The notes beneath the pieces were generated by a model. It searched no databases. It was not told where the DNA came from and saw only the letters and a program-made list of their open reading frames with translations. Shown piece by piece: positions 39,652 through 54,056 of a DNA stretch of 64,000 nt. Each line of letters starts with the position of its first letter. Within the stretch, counting starts at the first letter, position 1. The position numbers and the translations under genes were made by a program. This stretch comes from Octopus vulgaris (taxonomy: Eukaryota): NCBI GenBank assembly GCA_951406725.2, contig OX597835.1, positions 39,060,001 through 39,124,000 of the forward strand, given 5' to 3'.

Positions 39652-40451
39652 ATCGTGTGCATTATACATATTTGTCTATGCTGCTATCGAATGAATGAAT
39701 GTCTGTCTGTCTGTCTGTTTGTCGCGGAATGCATGTAGTTATTGCTCTAATTATTGTCTCGCTGTTGTTGTTCTTGTTGCTGTTGTTGTTCTTGTTATTG
39801 TTGTTGCTGCTGTTGTTGTTGTTGTTTCTGTTCTTATCGTTGTTATTGTAGTTGTTCGTTTTTGTTTTGTTTTGTTTTTTTGTTTTTTTGTTCTTTTTTT
39901 GTAGTCGAGTGCGGAGTAAAGAAAAAAAAGAAGAACATAACAGAAAAACAGGAAACAGTAAAAAAACATAATAAATAAAAGAAAATAAAAAGAACAGAAA
40001 CGAAAATACCAAAAACAAGCCAAAAACAAACTCAACTGGAATATACAGATTCTGCGTGGAAACATTAACCACTAATACTGTCATTCCGAGGAATGATAGA
40101 CGGACGTTGATGGTCTCTTGCCAAGTACGAGCGGGTTTTGGAGTCGGTGTCTTACGATGGTAGAAGGTGGGATGGTGCCGGAAGATGGGTCGGGTGTGGT
40201 GGCGCCGATGGTGGAGTAATGAACGGTCGTGGAGTGGAGAACGAGGGAAGAACCTGAAGAGTTCTTGGCAGCAGTACCAAAAGTATATTTCTATATACGT
40301 CTATAACTGAATTAAGTTATGCATAGATAATTGAAATAAACAGGGAAATCCAGTGTTTTTAGCGCCGAGGTGTGAAGGGAGGACGGAATTGGAATGAACA
40401 CAATACTAAAAGAACGGCTGAGCAAATGAAGTGGTTAATACACGCGCACAC

Positions 40452-40536
<85 letters not shown>

Positions 40537-40557
40537 CGGACAAATAGATAGATAGAT

Positions 40558-40600
<43 letters not shown>

Positions 40601-40651
40601 GGCAGGCAGACAGACAGACAGATAGACAGGCAGACAGACAGACAGACAGAC

Positions 40652-40694
<43 letters not shown>

Positions 40695-40705
40695 CGGACA
40701 AATAG

Positions 40706-40768
<63 letters not shown>

Positions 40769-40819
40769 GGCAGGCAGGCAGACAGACAGACAGATAGACA
40801 GGCAGACAGACAGACAGAC

Positions 40820-40876
<57 letters not shown>

Positions 40877-41111
40877 CATTAATATATATGTGTATGTGTA
40901 TGGGTGTGTGTGTGAATATATACATACATTCTTTTTATTGTTTTACTTGTTTCTGCATACACGCAAAAAACATACACACATACATACAAATATACAAATA
41001 CATGCAAACAAATACATCTATTCATGTAAGCATTTGTTAATGTACATACATATGCATAACTTTCTCTTTAAACGTATAACTATATACATATGTATATAAA
41101 TATATTTACAT

Positions 41112-41330
41112 ACTCTTTTACTTGTTTCAGTCATTTGACTGCGGCCATGCTGGAGCACCGCCTTTAGTCGAGCAAATCGACCCCGGGACTTATTCTTTGT
41201 AAGCCTAGTACTTATTCTATCGGTCTCTTTTGTCGAACCGCTAAGTGACGGGGACGTAAACACACCAGCATCGGTTTTCAAGCGATGTTGGGGGACAAAC
41301 ACAGACACACAAACACATACATATACATAC

Positions 41331-41382
<52 letters not shown>

Positions 41383-41528
41383 GACGGGCTTCTTTCAGTA
41401 TCTGTCCGCTCACAAGGCTTTGGTCGGCCCGAGGCTATAGTACAAGACACTTGCCCGGAGGTGCCACGCAGTGGGACTGAACCCGGAACCGTGTGATTGG
41501 TAAGCAAGCTACTTACCACACAGCCGCT
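41112..41528 (-). mobile_element. SINE family A, near full length
   Basis: Consensus tail, body and head as at 32010-32450. Confidence 0.9.
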
Positions 41529-41732
41529 CATATACTTTTAAATGATAAACTTATGGTAAGTTTTCCTGAATTTTTACAGTTCCGCTGATGGAATGGATCT
41601 GTAGTCTTCGAATTAGCTGTCTCCTTTCTGGTTTTGAGAAGCCTCATTTCTCAAGGTTTTTTGAGAAACGTATGTACGTACGTATGTATGTATGTATGTA
41701 TGTATGTATGTATGTATGTATGTATGTATACA

Positions 41733-42175
41733 ATAAACACTCACAATGCCCGGTCTTGAGCGAAAACACCTAGAGCTCCACGGGGTTCTGGGAGGGGGTG
41801 GTGGTGAACCCAGCTGGACTCTTTCACCACAACTTTCTCTGAATCTCTCTTCCTGTTTCTGTTGTACCTGTATTTCAAAGGGCCAGCCTTGTCACACTCT
41901 GTGTCACGCTCAATCTCTCCGAGAACTACGTTAATGGTACACATGTCTTTGGAACGCTCAGCCACTTGCATGTTAAGAAATGAGCAGCGACGTCGTCACT
42001 GGTGCCAAGCTGTATCGACCTTTGTCTTTCCCTTGGATAACATCGGTGGCGTAGAGAGGGGAGGCCGGTATGCATGGGCGACTGCTGGTCTTCCATAAAC
42101 AACCTTGCCCGGATTTGTGCCCCGGAGGGTAATTTTCTAGGTGCAATCCCATGGTCATTCATGACAGAAGGGGAT
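41733..42175 (+). mobile_element. Chimeric SINE: family C mid-section, then a segment shared with 43920-44045, then a family D tail
   Basis: gagcgaaaacacctagagctccacg (C) - atttcaaagggccagccttgtcacactctgtgtcacgct - cactggtgccaagctgtatcgacc...ggtgcaatcccatggtc (D). Confidence 0.75.
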
Positions 42176-42524
42176 CACAATGTATGTATGTATATATGTA
42201 TGTATGTGTGTGTGTCCATGTTTGTGTGTGTTTGTATGGTGGTGTATTTCATCGTTAGATGAATTGCTATTATATATTTAGTTCTAGCTCATTATCATCG
42301 GAGTCCTATTCTCGATAAGATTAACTTTGCCTTTTATCCTTCCGGCGTCTATCAAATAATGCATCACCCAATACTAGATTTGCTGTGAGTGACTAACACA
42401 AATCTTTTCAAATTCGTCGTCTAATGCCGATAGAAGTCTGAAGTGTGAAACGCAGATTTTTACTGAAATCTTGTGTTTACGGTGTTCTGCTCACAAATTT
42501 AAATAGATATATGTATATATATAT

Positions 42525-42942
<418 letters not shown>

Positions 42943-43055
42943 GTATATATATACAAACGCATACAAACACAGACATACATACCTACATACATACATATAC
43001 AGATGTATATATATATGCGTGTGTGTTTGGGTGTGTATACTTATATATATATTGA

Positions 43056-43412
43056 CGCAGGAGTGGCTGTGTAGTAAGAAGCTTGCTTCCCAACCACATA
43101 TTTCTGGGTTCAATCCCTATGCATGGCACCTTGGGCAAGTGTCTTGTGAGTGGATATGATAGACGGAAACTGAAAGAAGCTCGTCGTATATATATGCATG
43201 TGTGTGTGTGCTTGTGTGTCTGTGTTTGTGTCTCCACCGTCGCTTGACAACCGTTATTGGTGTATTTACGTCCCCGTAGGAGGACGGTTCGGCAAAAGAG
43301 AACGTTAGATTATGTACTAGGCTCACAAAGAATGAGGTCTGGAGTCGATTTGTTCGACTAGAGGCGGTGCTCCAGCATGGCCGCAGTCAAATGACTGAAA
43401 CAAGTAAAAGAA
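43056..43412 (+). mobile_element. SINE family A with a small internal deletion
   Basis: cgcaggagtggctgtgtagtaagaagc ... gactgaaacaagtaaaaga. Confidence 0.88.
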
Positions 43413-43443
<31 letters not shown>

Positions 43444-43526
43444 TCTTTTATTCTTATGTATATATAAGTATATATATGTGTGTGTGCTTGTATTTATATA
43501 TATATGTACCGTATTTAATGACGTAC

Positions 43527-43594
<68 letters not shown>

Positions 43595-43859
43595 TTGCGT
43601 GTTGTATGTGTACCAGATTTGAGGAACCACTGTTTTTTCAAAAAAACATGTCCCAAAAATCTTCCCGTTTTCTATATGCGAACGTGTGTTTGTATTTCAT
43701 GTTTTATACACAAGAAAATTTTTGCCGGAATATCCGCCGCTGATATTGGGGTGCATCTGCACACGTGTTCATTACAGAATCTTTCTGTAGATTAGATATT
43801 AAAGTAGAAAATAAAAGTAGTTATCGAAGCACCGAGTAGTTTCTGCCAAATAACCTAAT

Positions 43860-44180
43860 CTGGCTCTCCATCGGTTACGACGACGAGGATTCCAGTTGAT
43901 GCGAACAACGGAACAGCTTGCTCGTGAAATTAATGCACAAGTGGCTGAGCACTCCATAGACACGTGTGCCCTTAACGTAGTTCTCCCGGAGATTCAGCGT
44001 GACACAGAGTGTGACAAGGCTGGCCCTTTGAAATACCGGTACTACTCATTTTTGTCAGCTGAGTGGACTGGAGCAACGTGAAATAAAGTGTTTTGCACAA
44101 GGACGCAACATGTCGCCGGGAATTGAACTCACAACTTTATGATCATTAGCCGAATATCCTAATCACTAAGCTATGTGCCT
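43860..44180 (-). mobile_element. tRNA-derived SINE with family D-like core and a different tail
   Basis: Head tagcttagtgattaggatattcggc...gagttcaattcccggcgac; core gctccagtccactcagctgac; tail ...ccgttgttcgcatcaactggaatcctcgtcgtcgtaaccgatggag. Confidence 0.8.
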
Positions 44181-44934
44181 TCTCAAATAACCACTGCGTT
44201 AGGAATTGCATAGCATATCAGGCGACTACAAATGAAATAACAGCACTTCTGCGTATTATATAAGCTTAGCAATAAATTCGTTTAAGTGCTGATTATACCA
44301 GCATATATACTCTTTCAGGTGTTTTCGAAGCACGTTAGACACAAAGAAGGTTTACGTGCGCACATCAATATTTATGGTCTATCTAAGAAAGTGTCACCCC
44401 AGAAACAATAGTTCAAAATGTTTGATTAAAATATATCACATTATAAAGCAAAGCACTCGTGTAAGGGAGAGTAAATAGTGTAAATTTCAATTTGTAGACA
44501 GTAGAAAATTGTTGTTGTCTCTTCGCGGGGAAAAAAGATCATCAGTGACGCCAAAGATCACGTCACAGACTACCATTTTGTTTTGTGCTCACAGTTCGCT
44601 GAAGTTTGGTGGATCTAAAATTCTAGATACACCCGGAATAGCAAAAGTTCCCATATTTAAATACACACAGACACACACCCTCACACATACATACATACAT
44701 ACATACATACATACATACATACATACATACATACACACAGACATACACACTCACACGTACATACATACATACATACATACATACATACATACATGCATAC
44801 ATACATACATACATACATACACACACACATACATACATACACACACACATACATACATACATACACACATACACATACATACCTACATACACACACACAC
44901 ATACATACATACATACATACATACATACATACAT

Positions 44935-45280
44935 AATCGAGGAGACCCATTGTCTGAGATTTCCCTGAAACCCAAGAGCAAGTACTTTCTCCAGTTCTTT
45001 CTCTTCGACTCATAGGTTAACACTCAGAGAGGTACCAACCACACTTGCCATTTTCGCAACTTTCACCCACCTATCAATAAACTCACTCGAGCACAACACT
45101 TTACTCTCCACTCTCAATTACGTTTTCAAGTGAAACTTGAAGAAATCAATGAGAGCTCTACAGAAGAGGAATGTATCTGTCCTCATGCCTTTCAGCCTCG
45201 TCCAACAAACAACCTCTTTCATCCGAGTGTCAAGCGGTGGTGGATGACCGAATCTGAGTTGAAAGACTCATCGGGGCACT
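44935..45280 (-). mobile_element. Tx1/L1-like LINE 3' fragment, related to 37045-37725
   Basis: Minus translation KEVVCWTRLKGMRTDTFLFCRALIDFFKFHLK...RWVKVAKMA aligns with KEYIWWTRLKGLETNTFLSGQSLINFFK...RWVNVARMA. Confidence 0.75.
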
Positions 45281-45507
45281 GCGTATTTGCTCTTGAGATA
45301 TTCAGAATGTTTAATTCTTACCTGCATTCACTTGATGAAAATGATTTTTTTTTTTTTTGTATGACGTACCATTTCTGTTCATCAATGAGAAAAAACATAA
45401 CCCATCTGTTGGTATTTGTGCGTGTGCATTTATATATATATATATATATTATATATATATATATATATGTGTATGTGTGTGTGTGTGTGTCTGTGTGTCT
45501 GTGTGTG

Positions 45508-45597
<90 letters not shown>

Positions 45598-45605
45598 TGT
45601 ATGTA

Positions 45606-45663
<58 letters not shown>

Positions 45664-45699
45664 GGTCCCGGGTTGATTCGGGGTTAACCACAGTAAATA

Positions 45700-45773
<74 letters not shown>

Positions 45774-46163
45774 GTCTATATATATATATATTTGTGTGTG
45801 TATCATTAAATTGTATTTCACCTTCTGGCTGATAACTGATGAGGATCTGGTGACCTTCTGTGTCTGTTTTCTGTTTGTTTGTGCATTTATTACATGTTTT
45901 TTTTACTCATATATATATATATATATATATATCTTTAAATCCTTAAAAATGTTTCAGCACGAAGGCTGCGGCCATATATATATATGTATGTATGTACGTC
46001 GGGCTTCTTTCCGTCAACCAAATCCGCTCCCAAGACTTTGATCCACCTGGGGCTACAGTGGAATACACTCGTCCAATGTGCCACGCAGTCGTACTGAACC
46101 CGGAACCCTGTGATTTGGAGGCAAACTACTGACCACAAGCAGAGAAAGACAGAGTCATCCATC

Positions 46164-46217
<54 letters not shown>

Positions 46218-46286
46218 CATACATACATACATACAAACATACATACATACATATATGTATGTATATGTGAATATATATGTATGCAT

Positions 46287-46347
<61 letters not shown>

Positions 46348-47084
46348 TTTTCGAAAGACATCAAAGACTCTACACCTCAACAAAGGGAGTGAATAGAAAC
46401 CATTGTGGAAGGCTATATTTATTAGTAAATTCATAAATAATTAAATACCTTACAATCGTACAAGTTTCAATACATTTCCACTTTTTCAAAGGTAATATGC
46501 AAATACATATGTGTGCATGCGTATATATATATCATATATATATATGTGTGTGTGTTTGTGTGCGTGTGTGTATGTATGTATGTATGCATGCATGCATATA
46601 TGTATATATGTATTTATGTATGTATATATGTATGTTTGTATGCATGTACAAACGCCATTCTATATTAAGCATCGGAGCAGACCAATAAAAATATATATAA
46701 ATCAATACTCTTTCATGAGTCTGTGGTTAAGAAGCTCGCTTTGCAGCCACGTGTTTTCAGGTTCAATCCCACTGCGTGGCACTTTGGTCAAGGACCTCCT
46801 GCTATATCTCCGAGCCGATTGATGCTCCGACAGAGAATTTGGCAGGCAGAAACTGTGTGGAATCCCGTCGTTTATATATACATACATATATATACATACA
46901 AATATATATATATGTGTGTGTGTGTGTATATATATGCGTGTGTTTGTGTATGTGTGTTTGTGTGTGTGTGTGTATGTTAAGGTGCGTGGCTTAGCGGTCG
47001 GGTTATTCGTCACACGATGGTAAGTTCGTGAGTTCAATTCCCGGCGACGCGTTGGTTGGAACGTGGACAGTTTGTTAGGTTGAA

Positions 47085-47270
47085 TTTCCTCTCCCTCATT
47101 GAAGCGCGAAAAAACTCCCACTTCTGTGCAGTTCTTTCAGCAATATTGTCTTCTCCGTGACCAACACAACTGTCAGGAGCGGTTTTGGCAGCTTAGGAAA
47201 AAGAAGCCTATGTCGAAAATGCTCATCTGTTTCCCACGTGGCATTCCATCGTCAGATGCCTGAAAACAAG
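47085..47270 (-). pseudogene. mariner transposase N-terminal fragment
   Basis: Minus translation across frameshifts MECHV-ETDEHFRHRLLF ... GEDNIAERTAQKW-FSRFNEG (mariner HTH region). Confidence 0.65.
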
Positions 47271-48579
47271 TAAAACAAGCATCTTGCAGCTCACCTGCGA
47301 CGGACCGGCGTCCCGTCCAGGTGAGGAACCTATACGCCACGGAAACCAGGAAACCGGCCCTTATGAGCCAGGCATGGCTCGAGAAGGAACAAACAAAAAA
47401 AATGCTCTCATAATACCGGTCACCCACTACCTTCATTCGGTGGGTAAATTCCAAACATACCCGTTATAAACTTGATGAAAAGTAAGGATTAGAAAAATAG
47501 AAAAAAAAGGAAAAGAAATGAACGAATTTATTTGGCAACCCAGTAGCAGCGTGTTAATATTGGGTTTTAAAATTCCTTGGGAAGAAAAGGATTAAGGCCA
47601 GTAAAAATAATACAAAAGAAAGATAATTTGATGCGTGCTAAGGCTTAATAAGCTGTCCCACGGACTGCCTTTGACTTTTGCTATCCAGAGGAGATTTTTT
47701 CTTCTACTCAATATTTTCATGCTATTACCTATAGCTTCATCTACTTCGAGTCTCACTGTCAAAATCGAATTATTCGACGTCTCTCTATGTTTTTTAAATT
47801 CTTATGATGGAAATCGTATTATTATTTCGGACGTCAGAATTAAAAACGAGAAAATGAAATGGGTGAAGGAACGATGTCAAAAGTCGGGTTCTTTACTGCA
47901 CGAGAGAAAATTCTGTATGATTGAATTAAGTAAGAAAACTAAAAGCGGAGATTGCTGAGAGCAATGAAAGAATAAGGTCAGTGTTGAATTAACGCCGGCA
48001 CAAACAAGACAGAGATCAAGAGGGAAGCGGAGGATGTTTGCAATAACGTTGAGAGCAATGAAAAAAAAAGAAAAGGTATGACAGAGGAGAAGGAGAGGTA
48101 GGACGACGTTCGTAAGAATGCTAGAAGGAAGAAAAATGCATAAACGAATGTTGGTGGGGTGTAAGCAATAAAAATCTACAGATAATGGAAACAGAAAAAT
48201 GTCGACAGGAAAGGCCACCGAATGAAACATAATGCCACACCAAATATATATTATTTCTGGAAAAAATATCATTTTTTCTACAATGATGCGTACATCCTCT
48301 TCTTAGTAAGTTCCCGAAGACTTGAACGTAAACATAGCTTTTCGCTGTTGTATTTCGTCTCAGAGAACGACTTCTCTTCTTTCACGATGTGTATAAACAA
48401 CACACCCGCACCAACTAACGTCAGCGGATTATCAGACACCACTATTTCGGCATGCCAGTGCCTCTTCGGTGATAGGGATCACTCGGTTTTTCTTTTTACT
48501 TTTTTCTTTTGGAGCTAAACGGAGACAACTCTTCCTATTTGTATAATCCAGTCAAAAACTAAGATAATAACGAGGATTT

Positions 48580-48782
48580 TGGCAATAGGCCAGCAAATTC
48601 AGGGAAGGGAGCAGATCAGTTACATCGACCCCAGTGTTCAACTGGTGCTCATTTCATCGACCCCAACCGGTTAAAAGCAAAGTCGATCGCGGCGGAATTT
48701 GAAATTAGACGGACGAAATGCCACGAAGCAACATTAGCTCGGTGTCCTAACAATTCTGCCAGCTTGCCACTTTACAAAGGCG

Positions 48783-48783
<1 letters not shown>
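48580..48783 (-). mobile_element. SINE family B, degenerate
   Basis: acatcgaccccagtgttcaactggt...aaagtcgatcgcggcggaatttgaa...ttctgccagcttgccac. Confidence 0.75.
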
Positions 48784-48867
<84 letters not shown>

Positions 48868-48887
48868 CAATAATAATAATAATAATA

Positions 48888-49440
48888 CCCTGATGCAATA
48901 CCAGGCAGTGGCTGTCAATGGCTTCTGATCTTAACTGATTGGAACTGTTATCATGTACATTGTTTATCTTGGTATAAAAGATGGGCTACAGCAAATATTC
49001 TGCTCAATACCACAGATTTGCTTGTCAGTTGTTTGACCTTAACCAGTTGAGCATGTCCCTTAGTGGCTGACGATATGTGCATCTCTGATCACGAGCAGAA
49101 GTAGTGGGGGAGCATCATAGCCATGTGTTGAGAGGGATTCTTTGGGGTTTGAATAATTCACCTCTGGAAACATGAGTGTTTCGTTCAACATCTTTAAACA
49201 ACCCATATTCAAGAACATTTTGAGCGGGATGGGTTACTCGACCAGAAGAAAATTCTAACTGGGCCCCACCTGCAAGGTCATGCGCTGTTTATCGTGATAT
49301 CAGATCACCGTGTCGTGCACACATGGTTGTGATGCATGTGTCTAGTATACCCTTATCAGACGGGTAGTCATGATGGGTATGCTGGGTTTCGTATATTTTA
49401 TCCCAGTGTCACTTTGATGGCATACACTGCTCTCTCACTC
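48888..49440. mobile_element. 553-bp non-coding insert precisely within (AAT)n; candidate non-autonomous TAA-targeting retroelement
   Basis: Complex sequence ccctgatgc...gctctctcactc bounded by (AAT)n at 48784-48887 and 49441-49512; no convincing ORF. Confidence 0.55.
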
Positions 49441-49512
<72 letters not shown>

Positions 49513-49735
49513 CCTTTCTACTAAAGGCACAATGCTTGCAATTATGGCGGAATGACATCGATTACACATCTGGCACTTAATTCAGCGATCCTGAAAGGCT
49601 GTGAGGCAAAGTCAGCCTCGGCGTATTTGAAATCAATAATAATAATATTAACTATTGCTAATGAGAGGTAAGGTCTTCTATACTGACATTGACTTACTAT
49701 AGGGAAATTATTTTACTTTTTAGAATAAAGACTTA

Positions 49736-50229
49736 CCGTAAATCCTCGAGTATAATCCGCATTTTTTCCCCAAAATTTAAAGGTCAAAATCCTTAGTGCG
49801 TATTATATACGAGGTTAGAAATGAAAATTATTTCCTAAGCAATGTCCGAGTCTCTATTTGCTGTCCGGCAATGTTTATTCAGACACATTTTGTGATGTCG
49901 GGTGTGAAAATACCTTAAGCTAAGCCTGAAAGCAATGAAGTCATAAAAGAATCATCCATAACTTGCAGTAAGCAACATTTATTAAACGTTATTACTGTTA
50001 TTTCTTTATTTTCTGCAAACAAAATGCACAAAAGGCTACACGTTTGCATTATGTTATATATATACAATAATAATAAAGGACGTTACCGTATACATTTTTA
50101 CAAACCTAAAGACGTTATATAGACCTCCTTGACTCAAGTTAGAGTAGAGGTGCGTATTATACACAAGGTTTAGATTAAATTTCCCCTGCGTATTATACTC
50201 AAGGGCGGACTATACGCGAGGATTTACGA
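49736..50229. mobile_element. pogo/Tc2-type MITE
   Basis: TA|ccgtaaatcctcgagtataatccgc ... gcggactatacgcgaggatttacga|TA; internal repeated motif tgcgtattata. Confidence 0.85.
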
Positions 50230-50479
50230 TATTCGAGTTTTCTCAAGAGCGAAATTTTAATCCCTATCTTGAAATTAGTTTATGGCATTGAATGTTCAGA
50301 TATTAATACTTATGTTGTTCGATTTTGGTTATTTGAGTATTTTTTAATATATATTTCAATTAAACCTGAGTCATTTTTCTTCTTCTTTTTTTGGGGGGGT
50401 GTTAGTTCATCCTACAGTATGTTAAATGTTTATTTCTTCTTGATCAATTTTAAATCTGTGTTGCTTTAGACTTCACCCG

Positions 50480-50960
50480 TCAACTGAATTTAACCAATCC
50501 ATAGTGATTCCATTCTCTGCATCTTTCTCGTATCCATCACTAATTCCTCTCCACTATCTTCTTCAGGCCTGACAACCATCTGCCACAATTTCTGAGTTAG
50601 TATAACGATGAACATTAACTACAACATCATCTACCAGCATCCATTCCACAACATTATCTTCCCCAATCCTTGATGCAATATTATCAATAACGTCATCTTT
50701 CTTCATGCATTCTACATTATCTTCATCCACTCTTACTGCAACGTTGGCCACAGAATAAACTGGATCATAAGCGAAAATCGTTCATGTATAATCAACTTCC
50801 CCTTTGAAGTTCCAAATTCTCTAGTGAAATCATTTGTCGCGTTTTCTGCAGATATAGACTCAAACATTAACACTAGAAATTTATTCCACTCATTTTTTCT
50901 CTGTGAATGCCTGAACAGATTTTAAGCATTGGTAACACATTAAACCATGTCTCTTACATT
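50480..50960 (-). pseudogene. Possible Tigger/pogo transposase acidic C-terminal remnant
   Basis: EDNVVEWMLVDDVVVNVHRYTNSEIVA resembles the Tigger tail pattern EEW...D....V....TD.EI. Confidence 0.45.
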
Positions 50961-51086
50961 AAATTATTTCAGAAATTCCTATACTAGTCTGCCCAAGATT
51001 ATTTCACTTTGCAAGCAGCTCATGAAGAAGGAACGATATTTAGATTTAAGAAAATGGACTATTCCATCGTTCGGGAGTTGAATTAA

Positions 51087-51278
51087 CTGTTTAACATTTA
51101 AACTGACCATTTCAGGCCCGTATATTCTACCTGTTTTGTGGTCAAATTGGCCATATCTGGTCTCTCACACCTACCCAAATATAAACAATCACATCACTGA
51201 AATCTCAAATCTGTGAGATGTTATATGATTAATTTAAATAAGTATCACATTAGACAGAATAATCTGAACGCTAAAGGG
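51087..51278. mobile_element. piggyBac-like MITE, degenerate
   Basis: Flanked by TTAA (51083-51086, 51279-51282); right end gctaaaggg|ttaa, left end a decayed ccctttagc. Confidence 0.55.
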
Positions 51279-51377
51279 TTAAAGAGGTTCGATTAGGTAG
51301 ATACCAAATTAGGTAGATGCTAAAAGTAAATAAATAAATGCATATATTTATTCCTGTTTCAATATCCAGTTTCTCAA

Positions 51378-51945
<568 letters not shown>

Positions 51946-51959
51946 ATATATATAAGTGG

Positions 51960-53100
51960 AGGTGATGAAGAAAGAACTCTGTACCGTTTACACTGAGGCC
52001 AGAGAGGAGGCACTAATGGAGAAGATCAGAAGTGTGGAGGGAGAGCGATTGATGGGTCTAGGTGTAAAGAGAACTGGATGATCTTCAACGAGATCACAGG
52101 GGAAAAGAGGGGGAGTTAAGTTAAGTTAAGTTTTTGGCTCAAAAAGCAAAAAGCAAGGCCATGTAAGGGGACAGGGAGTTATGTACAGGGAGGGTGTTCA
52201 TGCAAAGAGTTCAGGCCATTTCTGGTCAAGAGAGACTTTGAACTGAGCGGTCGTCGGCATCTTCACTATCTCGTCCGGCAGCTTATTCCACGGATCCGCA
52301 ACTCGGACGGAGAAAGCCCCCTCTCCTTCAATTGAGATGAAATCGTCGCAGATAGAGCTTTTCAGAGTTACCCCACAGCCGACGCTCTGGAGCAGGAGTG
52401 AAGAACAGCTCTTTCGAGAGGTTACACTTTCCGCTTATGATGTTGTGAGCAAGAATGAGATCAACACGGCGTCGTCGTTTTTCTAGAGAATAAAGGTCGA
52501 GCATCTTCAGCCTTTCTGCATAAGACAAATGCTTGAGACCAAGAATCAGATCCAGGGAACAGGGCCCGAGGATAGGAAGAGTAAATGGCTGGGCCATTTT
52601 AAGACCCTACTAAGAGAGCCGCCTTTCACAACCCAGAACACTGGGCAGATCAGGCAGCTGTTTGAGAAAATTGATATTGAGACAGAAACCTTCGCTAAAG
52701 AAGAGCTTCAGAGAACCAAGAAGATCAAAGAGGGCAAAGCCTACGCAGAGATAGAGTAGCACCAGAGGTAATGATGAGGTATGATTTTGATGATATCGAC
52801 CTGGAGTTCTGTCACCAGGTGCTGGTAAAACGAGTTGCCCCGAATCGGTGGAGGATCAGTAACATCGTCCCTGTACCAAAGAAGGGATATCTCTCTAACA
52901 CCAACAACTACAGGGGTATCTCACTGATGTCACTCGTTGCAAAACCCTCAACAGGATGACTCTTAACAGGATCCAGCTTGAGATGGAGAAACTCAGGAAC
53001 AACCAGAATGGCTTAAGGGAGGGAAGATCAACGACCAGTCACACCCTAATGCTGAGATGTTGTCATGTTTCTCCTTGACTTTAGGAAGGCCTTTGATTCA
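51960..53100 (+). pseudogene. RTE-like LINE fragment (linker + RT N-terminus), interrupted by a CR1-like fragment
   Basis: WLGHFKTLL; WRISNIVPVPKKGYLSNTNNYRGISLMSLVAK; LRNNQNGLREGRST; DFRKAFDS. Confidence 0.85.
52115..52548 (-). mobile_element. CR1-like LINE 3' end
   Basis: LSYAERLKMLDLYSLEKRRRRVDLILAHNII...FSVRVADPWNKLP; (TTAAC)n tail at 52115-52131. Confidence 0.88.
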
Positions 53101-53290
53101 TATTTCTTTATTGCTCACAAGGGGCTAAACATAGAGGGGACAAACAAGGACAGACAAAGGGGTTAAGTCGATTACATCGACTCCAGTGCGTAACTGGTAC
53201 TTAATTTATCGACCCCGAAAGGTCGACTGAAGGCGGTGCTCCAGCATGGCCGCAGTCAAATGACTGAAACAAGTAAAAGAGTAAAGAGTA
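53101..53290. mobile_element. Back-to-back fusion of a SINE B 3' half (-) and a SINE A tail (+)
   Basis: 53101-53222 = B tail reversed; 53223-53290 = tcgactgaaggcggtgctccagcatggccgcagtc...gtaaagagta. Confidence 0.8.
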
Positions 53291-53491
53291 TACATTATTT
53301 TCAGTGGCTTTATAGACCTTCTAGGGCTTACTTAATTTTTAATTGAAAACTAATTAGGGAGACGCACGAAAGAAAGGCAGCATCTGCTTCTTTACTTGCT
53401 GAGCCTTTTTCACTTTAGACTGCACAATACTTGAAGCTGCTTGAAACGATGGCCCCTAACTTTCGCTATGATCTCTCCTCATAATCTAGTT

Positions 53492-54056
53492 CCGTGATCC
53501 TCAACCATTTTTTAACCTATAATCCCCTTTTGGTTCCTGTTTTACTCGGATGGACCCTCATAACAATTAGATGTTTAAAAAAATCTTATATTTTTACTAC
53601 TAAATACTATGTGGAGGCGCAATGGCCCAGTGGTTAGGGCAGCGGACTCGCGGTTGGAGGGTCGCGCTTTCGATTCCCAGACCGGGCGTTGTGTGTGTTT
53701 ATTGAGCGAAAACACCTAAAAGTTCCACGAGGCTCCGGCAGGGGGTGGTGGTGACCCCTGTTGTACCCTTTCGCCACAACTTTATCTCACTCTTTCTTCC
53801 TGTTTCTTGAGTAACGCTGCGATAGACTGGCGTCCCGTCCAGTTGGAGGGAGAAAAACACCACAGAAACCGGGAAACCGGGTCCATGAACCTGGCTAGGA
53901 TTGAAAAGGTCGACGTATTAAATACTATAAAGAATCGTATAAAGATATTGTTAGAATATTTTGTGCACTGTAGAAGCATAAACCATTTTATTGCACATAC
54001 ATAAAATCATATCTGGACCCACGAGGGACCATATGAATGCCGGTTGAGAACTGCTG
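53492..54056. mobile_element. hAT (Charlie/MER5-like) MITE containing a SINE C
   Basis: TIRs ccgtgatcctcaacc / ggttgagaactgctg; flanks atctagtt / atctatag resemble an 8-bp NTCTAGAN TSD. Confidence 0.72.
53611..53915 (+). mobile_element. SINE family C head with alternative tail, 13-bp TSD
   Basis: ggaggcgcaatggcccagtggttagggcagc...; TSD ta(c/t)taaatactat at 53598-53610 and 53916-53928. Confidence 0.88.

Noticed and set aside
45836-45860. CTGATGAGG as a hammerhead core (also 13592, 49068)
   Set aside because: No GAAA box after a stem II
47222-47260. Minus-strand CTGACGA...GAAAC as a hammerhead
   Set aside because: Stem II does not abut GAAA, no NUH/stem I register, and it overlaps the mariner start codon
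47600-48230. Possible RTE LINE C-terminal remnant (RRRGR)
   Set aside because: Too degenerate to support from motifs alone
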